Below are positions 6,859 through 15,150 of a DNA stretch of 64,000 bases, in pieces (positions within the stretch are counted from its first letter, which is position 1; each line of letters begins with the position of its first letter). A program made the translations under genes and the position numbers. Source of the stretch: an uncultured Chloroflexia bacterium (lineage in GTDB: Bacteria; Chloroflexota; Limnocylindria; Limnocylindrales; CSP1-4); assembly GCA_963716375.1 (NCBI GenBank), contig OY970306.1, positions 2,296,477 to 2,360,476 of the forward strand, written 5' to 3'. Below the pieces are notes generated by a model that searched no databases, was not told where the DNA came from, and saw nothing but the letters and a program-made list of their open reading frames with translations.

Positions 6859-9522
6859 TCAGGGCTGAGGCGTCTTTCCCTGGACCAGCTGGACCATCTC
6901 ATCGAGGCTCAGGGATCGCCCCGCTGCGTACGCTTCCTCGAAGGCCTCCTCGCCCAAAGCACCCCGAGCGACGGGCGCCGGGTCGTCGAGGCCGAGGAGG
7001 TGCATCGGCGTGGCGATGTCGCCCAGAGGCTCCTTGAGTCGGGCGGCTGCACCGCAAAGGAGAGCGGCCCCCTTGGGATCGCCTTCCACGACCGCGAGCA
7101 TGCCCGCCATGATGAGGAGGCTGACGATGCGCTGCATGTCGCCCGCCTGACGGAACAGGCCGATCGCCTCGCCGAGGCTCTTGTGGGCCGCGGCGAATGC
7201 GTGGTCCTTGATGTTGATTCCGGACAGCAGACTGAGCGCGCTCGCGATCCGGAACGTTTCCCCGGCGGTTCGGAGGGCGGCCAGGTTCTCCTCCTCGACG
7301 GCTCGCGCCGCAGCGTAGTCGCCCGAGTGATACAGGATGAACACGAGAGCCTCGTGAACATTGACGAGGCTCTTGCGGTCCCCGATCGCCTCGTAGATTC
7401 GAATGGCTTCGTCGTACCTGGCCCGGGCGCCGGCATGGTCGCCGGTGAGCGCCGCCACGAACCCCGCGTTGTAGAGCGCGCCAGCGAGCCCGCCCGGATC
7501 ATCGAGCTCGCGCTCGATTTCAAGGGCCTCCTCGTAGGCGTGCCCGGCACTTGCAATGTCCGCTTGCCAGTAGGCGACGCCTCCGAGTCCGCCGAGAGCC
7601 CTCGCGCGGGCCCCGGTTCGGCCGGCTGCCCCAGGCCGATCGAGCAGACCGCGGAGCGTCTCTCGGCCCTCAACCAGGTGCCCGCGCTGCTGCCAGAACC
7701 GCCAGAGCGCCGCGGCCATGTCGAGGGCGAGCTCGATGCGGCCATCGTCGGCCGCTCGCCCAATGGCCGCCCGCAGGTTGTCGCGGTCCATCTCGAGGCG
7801 GTCGAGCCACTCTTTCGGGCGCGAGCCCAGCAGCTCGGGTTCGGCCCGTCGCGCCAGGGCCGCGAACTGGTCTTCATGTCGGTGTCGGACCGTCTCGTTC
7901 TCCGCGCCCTCAGCCAGGCGTTCGAGGCCGTACTCTCGGATCGTCTCCAGCATCAGGAAACGCGGTTCGCCATTGGGTGATTGGATCTGTCGCAGGAGGC
8001 TCTTGTCCACGAGGGAGGCCAGCGCGTCGAGCATGTCGATCCCCAGCTCGCCGTCCGGATCGCAGACCGCCGCGGCGCTCTCGATCGTGCACCCGCCGAC
8101 GAAGATGGCGAGCCGACGGAACAGCATGCGTTCAGGTGCATCCAGGAGGTCTTGGCTCCAGCCGATCGCCCCGCGGAGCGTGCGCTGTCGCTCGGGAACG
8201 TCGCGCGAGCTGCTCGTCAGAAGCGCCAGGCTCTTCTCCAGGCGCGCCAGGATGGCCTCGGGCCCGAAGAGCTTGCTGCGGGCGGCAGCCAGCTCGATCG
8301 CCAGCGGCAGGCCGTCCAGGCGTGCACAGATGGCGGCGACCGCCGACGCGTTCTGCTCGTCGAGCCGGAAGTCCGGCTGCACGGCCCGCGCCCGCTGGAT
8401 GAACAGGGCCACGCCGTCGTACCCGGTGAGCGACTCCAGGGGCGGCAGGGCACTCGGGTTCGGGACTCCCAGCGGCGGGACCGGATACTCCTGTTCACCG
8501 CTCAGATGCAGCACCTCCCGACTCGACGCCAGGACCGTCAGGTGCGGCGCAGCCGCCAGGAGACGTCCGACCAGAGGTGCGCCGGCAACAAGCTGTTCGA
8601 AGTTGTCGGCCACGAGCAGGAGGTGGAGTTCGCGCAGGTACGCCTCGAGCAGCTCCGCGACGGGCTGCTTCGGGTCTTCTCGGAGACCGATCGACTGCGC
8701 GATCGTGGTCGGGATCAGGCCAGGGTCGCTGATCGGAGCAAGCTCCACGAAGAACGCGCCGCCCGGGTATTCCGGCCGGAGTTGTTCTGCCACGCGCAGG
8801 CTCAGCCGTGTCTTGCCGGCCCCGCCTGGACCGGTCAGAGTCACCAGCCGCGAGTGCCGAACCAGCTCGCAGACCTCAGCGATCTCCCGTTCACGGCCCA
8901 CAAAGCTCGTCGCCTGGGGCGGCAGGTGGGACGGCATCTCCAGCGTCCGAGGCGGCGGGAAGTCGTCCGCCAGGCCCGGGCCGACGAGCTGCGCCAGGCG
9001 CTCCGGCAGTTCGAGATCCTTGAGCCGGAACTCGCCCAGCTCGCGCAGCTGAAGATCTGCGGGGAGCGATCCGCGGACCAGCACGCCGGTTGCCGAGGAG
9101 ACGAGAACCTGACCGCCGTGCGCCGCGGCCGCGATGCGCGCCGCACGGTGGACATCCAGGCCCACGTAGTTGTCGCCGCCGAAGGTGGCCTCGCCCGTGT
9201 GAAGACCCATGCGTACGCGGACAGCCCCGACATTGTCAGGCCACGGCTCGGTCGCAAGGGAGCGTTGCGCCGCTGCCGCGGCCGACAGAGCCGAGGCGGC
9301 ACTTTGGAACACGACGAAGAAGGCGTCCCCTTCGGTCGAAATCTCGATCCCTCCGGCCGTCTCGAACGCAGCGCGGAGGAGGCTGTGGTGCCGCTCGAGA
9401 AGCGGCCCAAACGCAGGCCCCAGGGCGGTCACGAGGCGGGTTGACCCCTCGATGTCCGTGAACATGAACGTGATCGTGCCGGTTGGCAGGGTTGAAGCAC
9501 GCGACCGCGACTGGTTCGCCAC
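6859..9522 (-). CDS. class III adenylate/guanylate cyclase domain + P-loop STAND (NB-ARC-like) ATPase + TPR repeats
   Basis: 887 aa. Cyclase blocks: TFMFTDIEGST, EGDAFFVVF, VRMGLHTGE and HRAARIAAAAHGGQVLVS. Walker A: LTGPGGAGKTRL. The C-terminal ~350 aa are TPR-like (repeated A..Y.EAL.I......). GTG start. Confidence 0.85.
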   Translation of the reverse strand: MANQSRSRASTLPTGTITFMFTDIEGSTRLVTALGPAFGPLLERHHSLLRAAFETAGGIEISTEGDAFFVVFQSAASALSAAAAAQRSLATEPWPDNVGAVRVRMGLHTGEATFGGDNYVGLDVHRAARIAAAAHGGQVLVSSATGVLVRGSLPADLQLRELGEFRLKDLELPERLAQLVGPGLADDFPPPRTLEMPSHLPPQATSFVGREREIAEVCELVRHSRLVTLTGPGGAGKTRLSLRVAEQLRPEYPGGAFFVELAPISDPGLIPTTIAQSIGLREDPKQPVAELLEAYLRELHLLLVADNFEQLVAGAPLVGRLLAAAPHLTVLASSREVLHLSGEQEYPVPPLGVPNPSALPPLESLTGYDGVALFIQRARAVQPDFRLDEQNASAVAAICARLDGLPLAIELAAARSKLFGPEAILARLEKSLALLTSSSRDVPERQRTLRGAIGWSQDLLDAPERMLFRRLAIFVGGCTIESAAAVCDPDGELGIDMLDALASLVDKSLLRQIQSPNGEPRFLMLETIREYGLERLAEGAENETVRHRHEDQFAALARRAEPELLGSRPKEWLDRLEMDRDNLRAAIGRAADDGRIELALDMAAALWRFWQQRGHLVEGRETLRGLLDRPGAAGRTGARARALGGLGGVAYWQADIASAGHAYEEALEIERELDDPGGLAGALYNAGFVAALTGDHAGARARYDEAIRIYEAIGDRKSLVNVHEALVFILYHSGDYAAARAVEEENLAALRTAGETFRIASALSLLSGINIKDHAFAAAHKSLGEAIGLFRQAGDMQRIVSLLIMAGMLAVVEGDPKGAALLCGAAARLKEPLGDIATPMHLLGLDDPAPVARGALGEEAFEEAYAAGRSLSLDEMVQLVQGKTPQP

Positions 9523-9621
9523 TCGCCCAGCATACGGCGACGGGTGATCGTGATCCGCTCGGTCACTTCAGCGCGGCGGGAACCCTCCGCAGGCGGCAAT
9601 CCCGGAGGTTGAGTGGCGTGC

Positions 9622-9635
9622 CCGACACGTGTCGG
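9622..9635. promoter_or_regulatory. perfect 14-nt palindrome CCGACACGTGTCGG flanked by direct repeats
   Basis: Perfect dyad in the 229-nt spacer between the ABC permease stop (9752) and the cyclase start (9522). It is flanked by GGAGGTTGAGT (9604-9614) and GGAGGTTGGAGT (9634-9645). Confidence 0.35.
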
Positions 9636-9751
9636 AGGTTGGAGTACCGATCTGAGCGAGGCAGGGCCGACCCACTGCTGGGGAGCTCGCCTGATCGCTG
9701 AGGAGATCGCCTCTCCGAGACACGCTCCCACGCCTCGCGGCTTGCCGACGT

Positions 9752-10546
9752 CTATCGATGGGCGGGGTCGCGTTCGTAGAGCTTCCTTGCCCACAGGAAG
9801 CCCAGCAACGAGATGGCCACGCACCAGGCCACGGCGATGACGCCGCTGTTGCCGATCGGGGTCCCGAGCAGCAGCCCGCGCAACGTCTCGATGATCGGCG
9901 TGAAGGGCTGGTTCTCCGCGAACCAGCGAAGGCCGTCCGGCAGCGTCTGCGTCGGCACGAATCCACTGCCGAGGAACAGCAGGAGCATGAGGAACATCGG
10001 CAGGTTGCTGGCGGTTTCGACGCTGCGAGTCGACAGGCCGAGTGCGACGGAGAGCCAGGTCACCGCCAGCGTCGTCAGCGCCAGCAGCGCCGCGGCCGCC
10101 ACCCAGGACAGGAGCCCGGTCGTCGGCCGGAACCCGACCAGCAGGGCGACGACCACCACGATGACCAGCGCCAGGCCGGTCTGGACGACGCTGCCGGCCA
10201 CGTGGCCGATCAGAACCGAGGCCCGGGAGATCGCCATCGTCCGGAAGCGGGCGACGATGCCCTCGGTCATGTCCATCGCCACCGAGATCGACGTCCCCGT
10301 CGCGGCACCCACGACGGTCAGCAACAGGATTCCGGGGACGACATACGCGATGTAGGCGTCCCGGCCACTGCCCGGGCCACCGAGCCCGGCGCCGAGGGTG
10401 CCGCCGAAGATGTAGACGAACAGGAGGAGCAGCACGACCGGGATGCCCGCCGTGAAGAGCGTCAGCGACGGGTATCGCTGCATGTGGCGGAGGTCCCGGC
10501 GCAGCATCGTGGCCGAATCGGTCAGGACGTGCGAGTACGAGGTCAT
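9752..10546 (-). CDS. ABC-2-type transporter permease (DrrB-like)
   Basis: 264 aa with six hydrophobic segments. The N-terminus MLRRDLRHMQRYPSLTLF is typical of ABC-2 permeases. Its start overlaps the stop of the ATPase gene (TGATG). Confidence 0.85.
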   Translation of the reverse strand: MTSYSHVLTDSATMLRRDLRHMQRYPSLTLFTAGIPVVLLLLFVYIFGGTLGAGLGGPGSGRDAYIAYVVPGILLLTVVGAATGTSISVAMDMTEGIVARFRTMAISRASVLIGHVAGSVVQTGLALVIVVVVALLVGFRPTTGLLSWVAAAALLALTTLAVTWLSVALGLSTRSVETASNLPMFLMLLLFLGSGFVPTQTLPDGLRWFAENQPFTPIIETLRGLLLGTPIGNSGVIAVAWCVAISLLGFLWARKLYERDPAHR

Positions 10547-11502
10547 CAGGCGGCTCCTTTCTGGGAGTCCGGGTGGTCGGTAAGGGACAGGAAGACGTCG
10601 TCGAGATCCGGCGTGCGAACGGACAGGCCCTCGACGGCGATCGATGCTGCATCGAGCCGGTCGAGCAGGGACCGCAGCGATCCGACGCCCCCGTCGGTCG
10701 GGACCAGCAGGGCCAGCGACTCGTCATCGCGGGCCGATACGGGGAAGAGCCGGGCGGCCTTCTCCAGCTCCCGGAGATCGGCGAACTCGAGCCGGATGTG
10801 ACCGCCAGGGACCAGGCGCTTGAGCTCGGACGGCGTGCCCTCGGCGACCAGCCGGCCGTGATCGAGGACCGCGATGCGATCGGCCAGGCGGTCCGCTTCC
10901 TCCAGGTACTGCGTCGTCAGGAAGATCGTGACGCCGTCGTCGACGAGATCGCGGACGATCTGCCACATCGTGCGGCGGCTGCGCGGGTCGAGCCCCGCGG
11001 TCGGTTCGTCGAGGAAGATGATCCGCGGGTCGCCGACGAGCGTCATCGCCAGGTCGAGCCGGCGCTGCATCCCCCCGGACCACGTCGAGACGGGCTTCCC
11101 GGTCGCCTCGACGAGGTCGAATTGCTCGAGGAGCTCCGCCGCCCGCCGCCGGCCCTCGACCTTGCCGAGGTGCCGCAGGTCGGCCATCAGCACCAGGTTC
11201 TCCTGGCCGGTGAGGAACTTGTCCACGGCCGAGAACTGGCCGGTGACGCCGATCGCGGCCCGGACGGCGTCCGGATCCCGTCGGACGTCATGGCCGGCGA
11301 CCTGCAGCTCACCGCCGTCATCGGCGATCAGCGTGGACAGGATCTGCACGGTCGTCGTCTTGCCGGCGCCGTTCGGTCCAAGGAGCGCATAGACCGTGCC
11401 GACGGGGACGTCGAGGTCGATGCCGTCGAGGACCACCTGGCTGCCGTAGGACTTCCGCAGGCCGACCGCGTGGATCGCGGACGGTCGCGTCCCGGTGGTC
11501 AT
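10546..11502 (-). CDS. ABC transporter ATP-binding protein (DrrA/daunorubicin-resistance family)
   Basis: Walker A GPNGAGKTT, signature WSGGMQRRL, Walker B IIFLDEPTAGLD, plus the DrrA-type C-terminal domain. Start taken at MTTGTRPSAIHAVGLRKSYG (G-rich SD upstream). An alternative ATG lies at 11532. Confidence 0.9.
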   Translation of the reverse strand: MTTGTRPSAIHAVGLRKSYGSQVVLDGIDLDVPVGTVYALLGPNGAGKTTTVQILSTLIADDGGELQVAGHDVRRDPDAVRAAIGVTGQFSAVDKFLTGQENLVLMADLRHLGKVEGRRRAAELLEQFDLVEATGKPVSTWSGGMQRRLDLAMTLVGDPRIIFLDEPTAGLDPRSRRTMWQIVRDLVDDGVTIFLTTQYLEEADRLADRIAVLDHGRLVAEGTPSELKRLVPGGHIRLEFADLRELEKAARLFPVSARDDESLALLVPTDGGVGSLRSLLDRLDAASIAVEGLSVRTPDLDDVFLSLTDHPDSQKGAA

Positions 11503-11538
11503 GCCACACCCCCCGGATGGGCGGCGTGGCAACGAGGC

Positions 11539-12093
11539 TCAGACGTCGAGATCTTCGACAGGCTGCAGCCGGGCGGAACTGGCCACGCTCTCGTAGAGCT
11601 GGGACGGGATCCGTTCGCGGAGCTCATCGAGCGACTCGACGACCTCGAGCGTCGACTCGGCGGGCGTGGTCCCGTAACTGATGCTCCCGATGCCAAGGTA
11701 GCCGCGCCAGCCGGCCGGCTTGCCCTCGGCATTGAGCACCGAGAAGTCGGGACTCCGTTCGATGTGGACCACGTATTTGCCCTTCCGGCCGCGGTAGACG
11801 CGGAAGGTCTCGACGCGGCTGTAGCTGGTGTTGACCCACTCCCCGAGCAGGACGCCGGTGAATTGGACCTTGCGACCACGACCAGGGCCCACGCGGACGA
11901 CGATGTCGTCAAAGCCCTCCTGCCGGCCCTCCTCCACGTCGACGTAGCGCCGAAGCGCTGCGGAAATGGCCGCGGAGAGGTTGCCGCCGGCCAGCTCCTG
12001 GGCGCGGGCGTAGAGGGGGGCGTCCCCGTCGGAGACATAGATCGTCTTGTTTGGCACGTGGACATCGTAACTCCCTGCAGGCGGTAGAGCCAT
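11539..12093 (-). CDS. EXLDI-family-like protein of unknown function
   Basis: 184 aa, the C-terminal part of the listed 11539..13188 ORF. VPNKTIYVSDGDAPLYARAQELAGGNLSAAISAALRRYV and the C-terminal VVESLDELRERIP resemble what I recall of the actinobacterial 'EXLDI protein' family; this is recognition from memory. The ATG at 12093 sits 7 nt after a TATACT hexamer (leaderless geometry). An alternative GTG lies at 12057. Confidence 0.6.
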   Translation of the reverse strand: MALPPAGSYDVHVPNKTIYVSDGDAPLYARAQELAGGNLSAAISAALRRYVDVEEGRQEGFDDIVVRVGPGRGRKVQFTGVLLGEWVNTSYSRVETFRVYRGRKGKYVVHIERSPDFSVLNAEGKPAGWRGYLGIGSISYGTTPAESTLEVVESLDELRERIPSQLYESVASSARLQPVEDLDV

Positions 12094-12100
12094 ACGTAGG

Positions 12101-12128
12101 AGTATACGTATATTCGTCAAGGGCGCAA
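12101..12128 (-). promoter_or_regulatory. putative promoter (-35 TTGCGC, 16-nt spacer, -10 TATACT) overlapped by the AT-rich palindrome TATACGTATA
   Basis: The minus strand reads TTGCGC-ccttgacgaatatacg-TATACT-cctacgt-ATG. The 10-nt perfect palindrome TATACGTATA (12103-12112) overlaps the -10. This is the most AT-rich spot in the neighbourhood. Confidence 0.45.
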
Positions 12129-12185
12129 GAGGGGAGTGTGACGACCGGTGCTGGCCAGAGGCCGCGGGGTCGCCCGATCTGCGGA

Positions 12186-13166
12186 CTACCCGAGGGCGAC
12201 CATCCGCTCGACGGCCTGGCGGGCTCGCTCCGCGATGGCTTCGGGGACGGTCACCTCGAACTGCATCTCGAGCAGTGAGTCGCGCAGGTTCTCGAGCGTG
12301 ATCATCTTCATGAAGCCACAGACCGCCTCGGCCGAGGCCGGTTCGAAGATCTTGTCCGGGGCGGCCTTGCGCAGCCGATGGAGGATGCCGACCTCCGTCG
12401 CGACGATGAAGGTCGACTTCTCGGAGGTCTGGGCGAGCCGGATCATCCCCTCGGTCGAGAGGATCTTCATGTTGTCGTTGCCGAAGGCCATGCACTGGCT
12501 GGCGCAGCCGCACTCGGGATGGACGAGGAACTCGGCGTCCGGCGACGCGTTCTGCCAGCGCTCGATGTCGTCCGAGCGGATGCCGGCGTGGACATGGCAC
12601 TCGCCGAGCCAGATCTTCAGCTTGCGGCCCGTCACGCGCTCGAGGTACATCCCCAGGTTCACGTCCGGCAGGAACAGGATCTCGCGGTCGGCCGGGATCG
12701 CCTCGATGACCGAGCGTGCGTTGCCCGAGGTGCAGCAGTAGTCGGCCTCCGCCTTGACCTCGGCCGTGGTGTTCACGTAGGCGACGACGACGGCCCCCGG
12801 GTTCTGCGCCTTCCACGTCCGCAGCTGATCGGCCGTGATCGAGTCGGCCAGGGAGCAGCCGGCGCCCAGATCCGGGATCAGGACCGTCTTGTCGGGCGAG
12901 AGGATGGCGGCCGTCTCGGCCATGAATTTGACGCCGCACATCGCGATGACCGGCCGATCCGAGGCCGCCCCGAACCGGGCGAGGGCCAGCGAATCGCCGA
13001 CGAAGTCGGCCACGTCCTGGACCTCGGCCCGCTGGTAGTTGTGGGCGAGGATCACGGCGTTGCGGGTCCGGGCGAGATCGCGGATCTCCGCCTGCAGATC
13101 GAGCACGCGGGCCCATTCCGACGGGGGCGCCAATGCCAGGGCAGGGGCCATCGCCAGCGCGGTCAT
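12186..13166 (-). CDS. nadA: quinolinate synthase
   Basis: 326 aa: ILAHNYQ, MCGVKFMAETA, AYVNTTAEVKA, CCTSGNA and HPECGC are NadA blocks. Its start overlaps the nadC stop (ATGA). Confidence 0.93.
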   Translation of the reverse strand: MTALAMAPALALAPPSEWARVLDLQAEIRDLARTRNAVILAHNYQRAEVQDVADFVGDSLALARFGAASDRPVIAMCGVKFMAETAAILSPDKTVLIPDLGAGCSLADSITADQLRTWKAQNPGAVVVAYVNTTAEVKAEADYCCTSGNARSVIEAIPADREILFLPDVNLGMYLERVTGRKLKIWLGECHVHAGIRSDDIERWQNASPDAEFLVHPECGCASQCMAFGNDNMKILSTEGMIRLAQTSEKSTFIVATEVGILHRLRKAAPDKIFEPASAEAVCGFMKMITLENLRDSLLEMQFEVTVPEAIAERARQAVERMVALG

Positions 13167-14083
13167 GAGAGAACCTCCAGGGAGACATCGAGCGAACGGG
13201 CGCCGTGCGTGAGCGCGCCCACGGAGATGAAGTCGACGCCGGTCTCGGCGATCGATCGGATGGTGGCGAGGTTGACGCCGCCCGAAGCCTCGAGCGGGAC
13301 CCGGCCGGCGACGAGATCGACGGCCTGGCGCTGCAGTGCCAGCGGCATGTTGTCGAGCAGGATGCGGTCCGCTCCGGCCGCCAGGGCCTCGCGAACGTCG
13401 GCGAGGGATTCGGTCTCGACCTCGATCAGCAGGGACGGCGCCGCCGCCCGCGCCCTTCGCACGGCCGGGCCGACGCCGCCAGCGGCTCGGAGATGGTTGT
13501 CCTTGATGAGCACCGCGTCGTACAGGCCGAGGCGATGGTTGGTGCCGCCACCGCAGCGAACGGCGTACTTCTCGAGCGCCCGGAGGCCGGGCGTGGTCTT
13601 GCGGGTGTCGAGGATGACGGCCCCGGTACCGGTCACGGCATCGACATAGGCTCGCGTCAGGGTCGCGATGCCGGACAACCGTGCCAGCAGGTTCAGCGCC
13701 GTCCGCTCCCCCGCCAGGACGGCCCGCAACGGACCTTCGATCTGTGCGACGACTGCCGGCGGCGCGTCGAACGTGGCCGCATCTTCCGCGAGGTGCGTGA
13801 CGCTGACCTCGGCGTCGAGCGCGGCGAACGTGGCGTCGATGACGGCGAGTCCAGCGAGCACGCCCGGTTCCTTCAGGAGGACGCGCGCCCGGCAGCGAGT
13901 CGCCGGATCGATGAGCGCCTCGCTCGTGACGTCGCCCGGACCGAGGTCCTCGGCGAGGGCCGCCGCCACGACGCGCGCCAGATCGGGCGCGTCGGCAAGC
14001 AGGGCTAGGAACGATCCGTGTGGCGCGGTCCGGCCCGGAACCGTGGCCGGGGCCGGCCCGGCACCGGCAAGGGTCGCGCTCAC
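13163..14083 (-). CDS. nadC: nicotinate-nucleotide diphosphorylase (carboxylating) / quinolinate phosphoribosyltransferase
   Basis: AGERTALNLL, ILDTRKTTPGLR, KYAVRCGGG.NHR, LIKDNH and LDNM are NadC blocks. Start set at the GTG at 14081-14083 (VSATLAG...); the longer listed ORF (to 14206) only adds non-homologous sequence. The start is uncertain. Confidence 0.88.
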   Translation of the reverse strand: MSATLAGAGPAPATVPGRTAPHGSFLALLADAPDLARVVAAALAEDLGPGDVTSEALIDPATRCRARVLLKEPGVLAGLAVIDATFAALDAEVSVTHLAEDAATFDAPPAVVAQIEGPLRAVLAGERTALNLLARLSGIATLTRAYVDAVTGTGAVILDTRKTTPGLRALEKYAVRCGGGTNHRLGLYDAVLIKDNHLRAAGGVGPAVRRARAAAPSLLIEVETESLADVREALAAGADRILLDNMPLALQRQAVDLVAGRVPLEASGGVNLATIRSIAETGVDFISVGALTHGARSLDVSLEVLS

Positions 14084-14200
14084 GACACGATCCGTGCGCG
14101 GGCGCGCGTCACGGTGGTCTCGAATGCCGACAATGGGCGGGTCAAGGGACGCCTCGGTAGGTTTACGACTCTGGAGCGAATACCGGCAGGATACACGCCC

Positions 14201-14896
14201 ATGCAAGACCTTTCAAGCCCGTTTGGCCAGCCGACGCACTACGTCCTCGGCGCGGTGCTGCAGGTTCGCGACGATCAGCTGGACGTACTGCTCTGGCAGC
14301 GGGCCCGCGAACCGTTCGCCGGCCAGTGGTCGCTGCCCGGCGGCGCGCTCGTGGCGCGCGAATCGCTGGAGGCCTCGATCCGCCGCCACCTGGCGGCCAA
14401 GGTCGACGTTCGCGAGCTCGCCCACCTCGAGCAGCTCGAGACCCTCAGCGAGCCGGACCGGCACCCCGATGAGTGGCAGGTCGCAACTGCCTATCTCGGG
14501 CTCGTCCCGTCCGACGCGAACCCCTCGCTGCCATCCGACACGGCCTGGCACCGGATCGGGTCACTGCCGCCGCTCGCGTTCGACCACCAGCGGATCGTGA
14601 TGGCCGCCCGCGATCGCCTCCGCGCCAAGCTCTCCTACACGAACGTCGGCTTCGCGATCGCACCGCGCGAGTTCACCCTGGCGGAGTTGCGGGACCTGTA
14701 CGCCGCGGCCCTCGGCCACCAGGTCGCGGCCACGAACCTCCAGCGGATCCTGGTGCGGCGGCAGCTGCTCGAACCACTTGTCGAGCGGCGCGCCCCGACG
14801 GCCGCGGGTGGCCGGCCGGCCCAGCTCTTCCGGTTCCGGACGCGCCAGATCGAGATCACGGACCAGTTCGCCGTCCTGAAGCCGCGCGACCGCTGA
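14201..14896 (+). CDS. nrtR: NrtR-type regulator (degenerate Nudix domain + C-terminal winged helix)
   Basis: 231 aa, from the internal ATG of the listed 14018..14896 ORF. The Nudix fold has a degenerate box, GGALVARESLEASIRRHLAAKV: the REUxEE glutamates are replaced by RHLAAK. The C-terminus FTLAELRDLYAAALGHQVAATNLQRILVRR is the NrtR wHTH pattern. It is divergent from nadC-nadA. Confidence 0.8.
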   Translation: MQDLSSPFGQPTHYVLGAVLQVRDDQLDVLLWQRAREPFAGQWSLPGGALVARESLEASIRRHLAAKVDVRELAHLEQLETLSEPDRHPDEWQVATAYLGLVPSDANPSLPSDTAWHRIGSLPPLAFDHQRIVMAARDRLRAKLSYTNVGFAIAPREFTLAELRDLYAAALGHQVAATNLQRILVRRQLLEPLVERRAPTAAGGRPAQLFRFRTRQIEITDQFAVLKPRDR

Positions 14897-14900
14897 CCGC

Positions 14901-15033
14901 AGGCCACGAACGAGAAGGCGCAGGCCGGGGCGTCGGTTCGAGATCGCCAGAGGCCACGATCGAGCTCGGCGGCTCCAGCGCGGCCCCTGAGCCCGGCAAT
15001 CTGCCGGGCTGCCACCGGGTGACCGTTAGCCGA
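14901..15033 (+). repeat. intergenic repeat family, copy 1 (core + tail), left arm of a ~390-nt imperfect palindrome
   Basis: Core blocks are ACGAACGAGAAGGCGCAGGCCGGGGCGTCGGTTCGA and GGCTCCAGCGCGGCC. The tail reads ...TGCCACCGGGTGACCGTTAGCC. It matches the reverse complement of 15151-15288 and the copies at 45112-45265 and 49977-50060. Confidence 0.8.
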
Positions 15034-15081
15034 GTGACCTTGGCCCGACCTGGCGATTCGGTGCATCGATTTCGCCGGGAG

Positions 15082-15097
15082 TTGACAAATTCGTCAA
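15082..15097. promoter_or_regulatory. dyad TTGAC-AAATTC-GTCAA at the centre of the large palindrome
   Basis: TTGACAAATTCGTCAA has 5-nt inverted arms and a 6-nt spacer. It sits in a locally AT-richer patch midway between the two repeat arms. Confidence 0.3.
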
Positions 15098-15150
15098 CCA
15101 TTGGAACTCGAATCGCGGCCTTGACCGGCGCGGCGCCGTTCGAGGCCTGC

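Noticed and set aside
11539-13188. Listed 549-aa ORF spanning the EXLDI gene and running antisense or out of frame through nadA
   Set aside because: Only its C-terminal 184 aa have protein-like composition and a promoter/start context. The upstream 365 aa are Arg/Gly/Pro-rich and overlap the well-supported nadA frame.
14084-14200. A definite NrtR operator in the nadC-nrtR spacer
   Set aside because: I found only a weak partial dyad (GGTAGGTTTACGACTCTGGAGCGAATACC). I do not remember the lineage-specific NrtR box well enough to assert a site.
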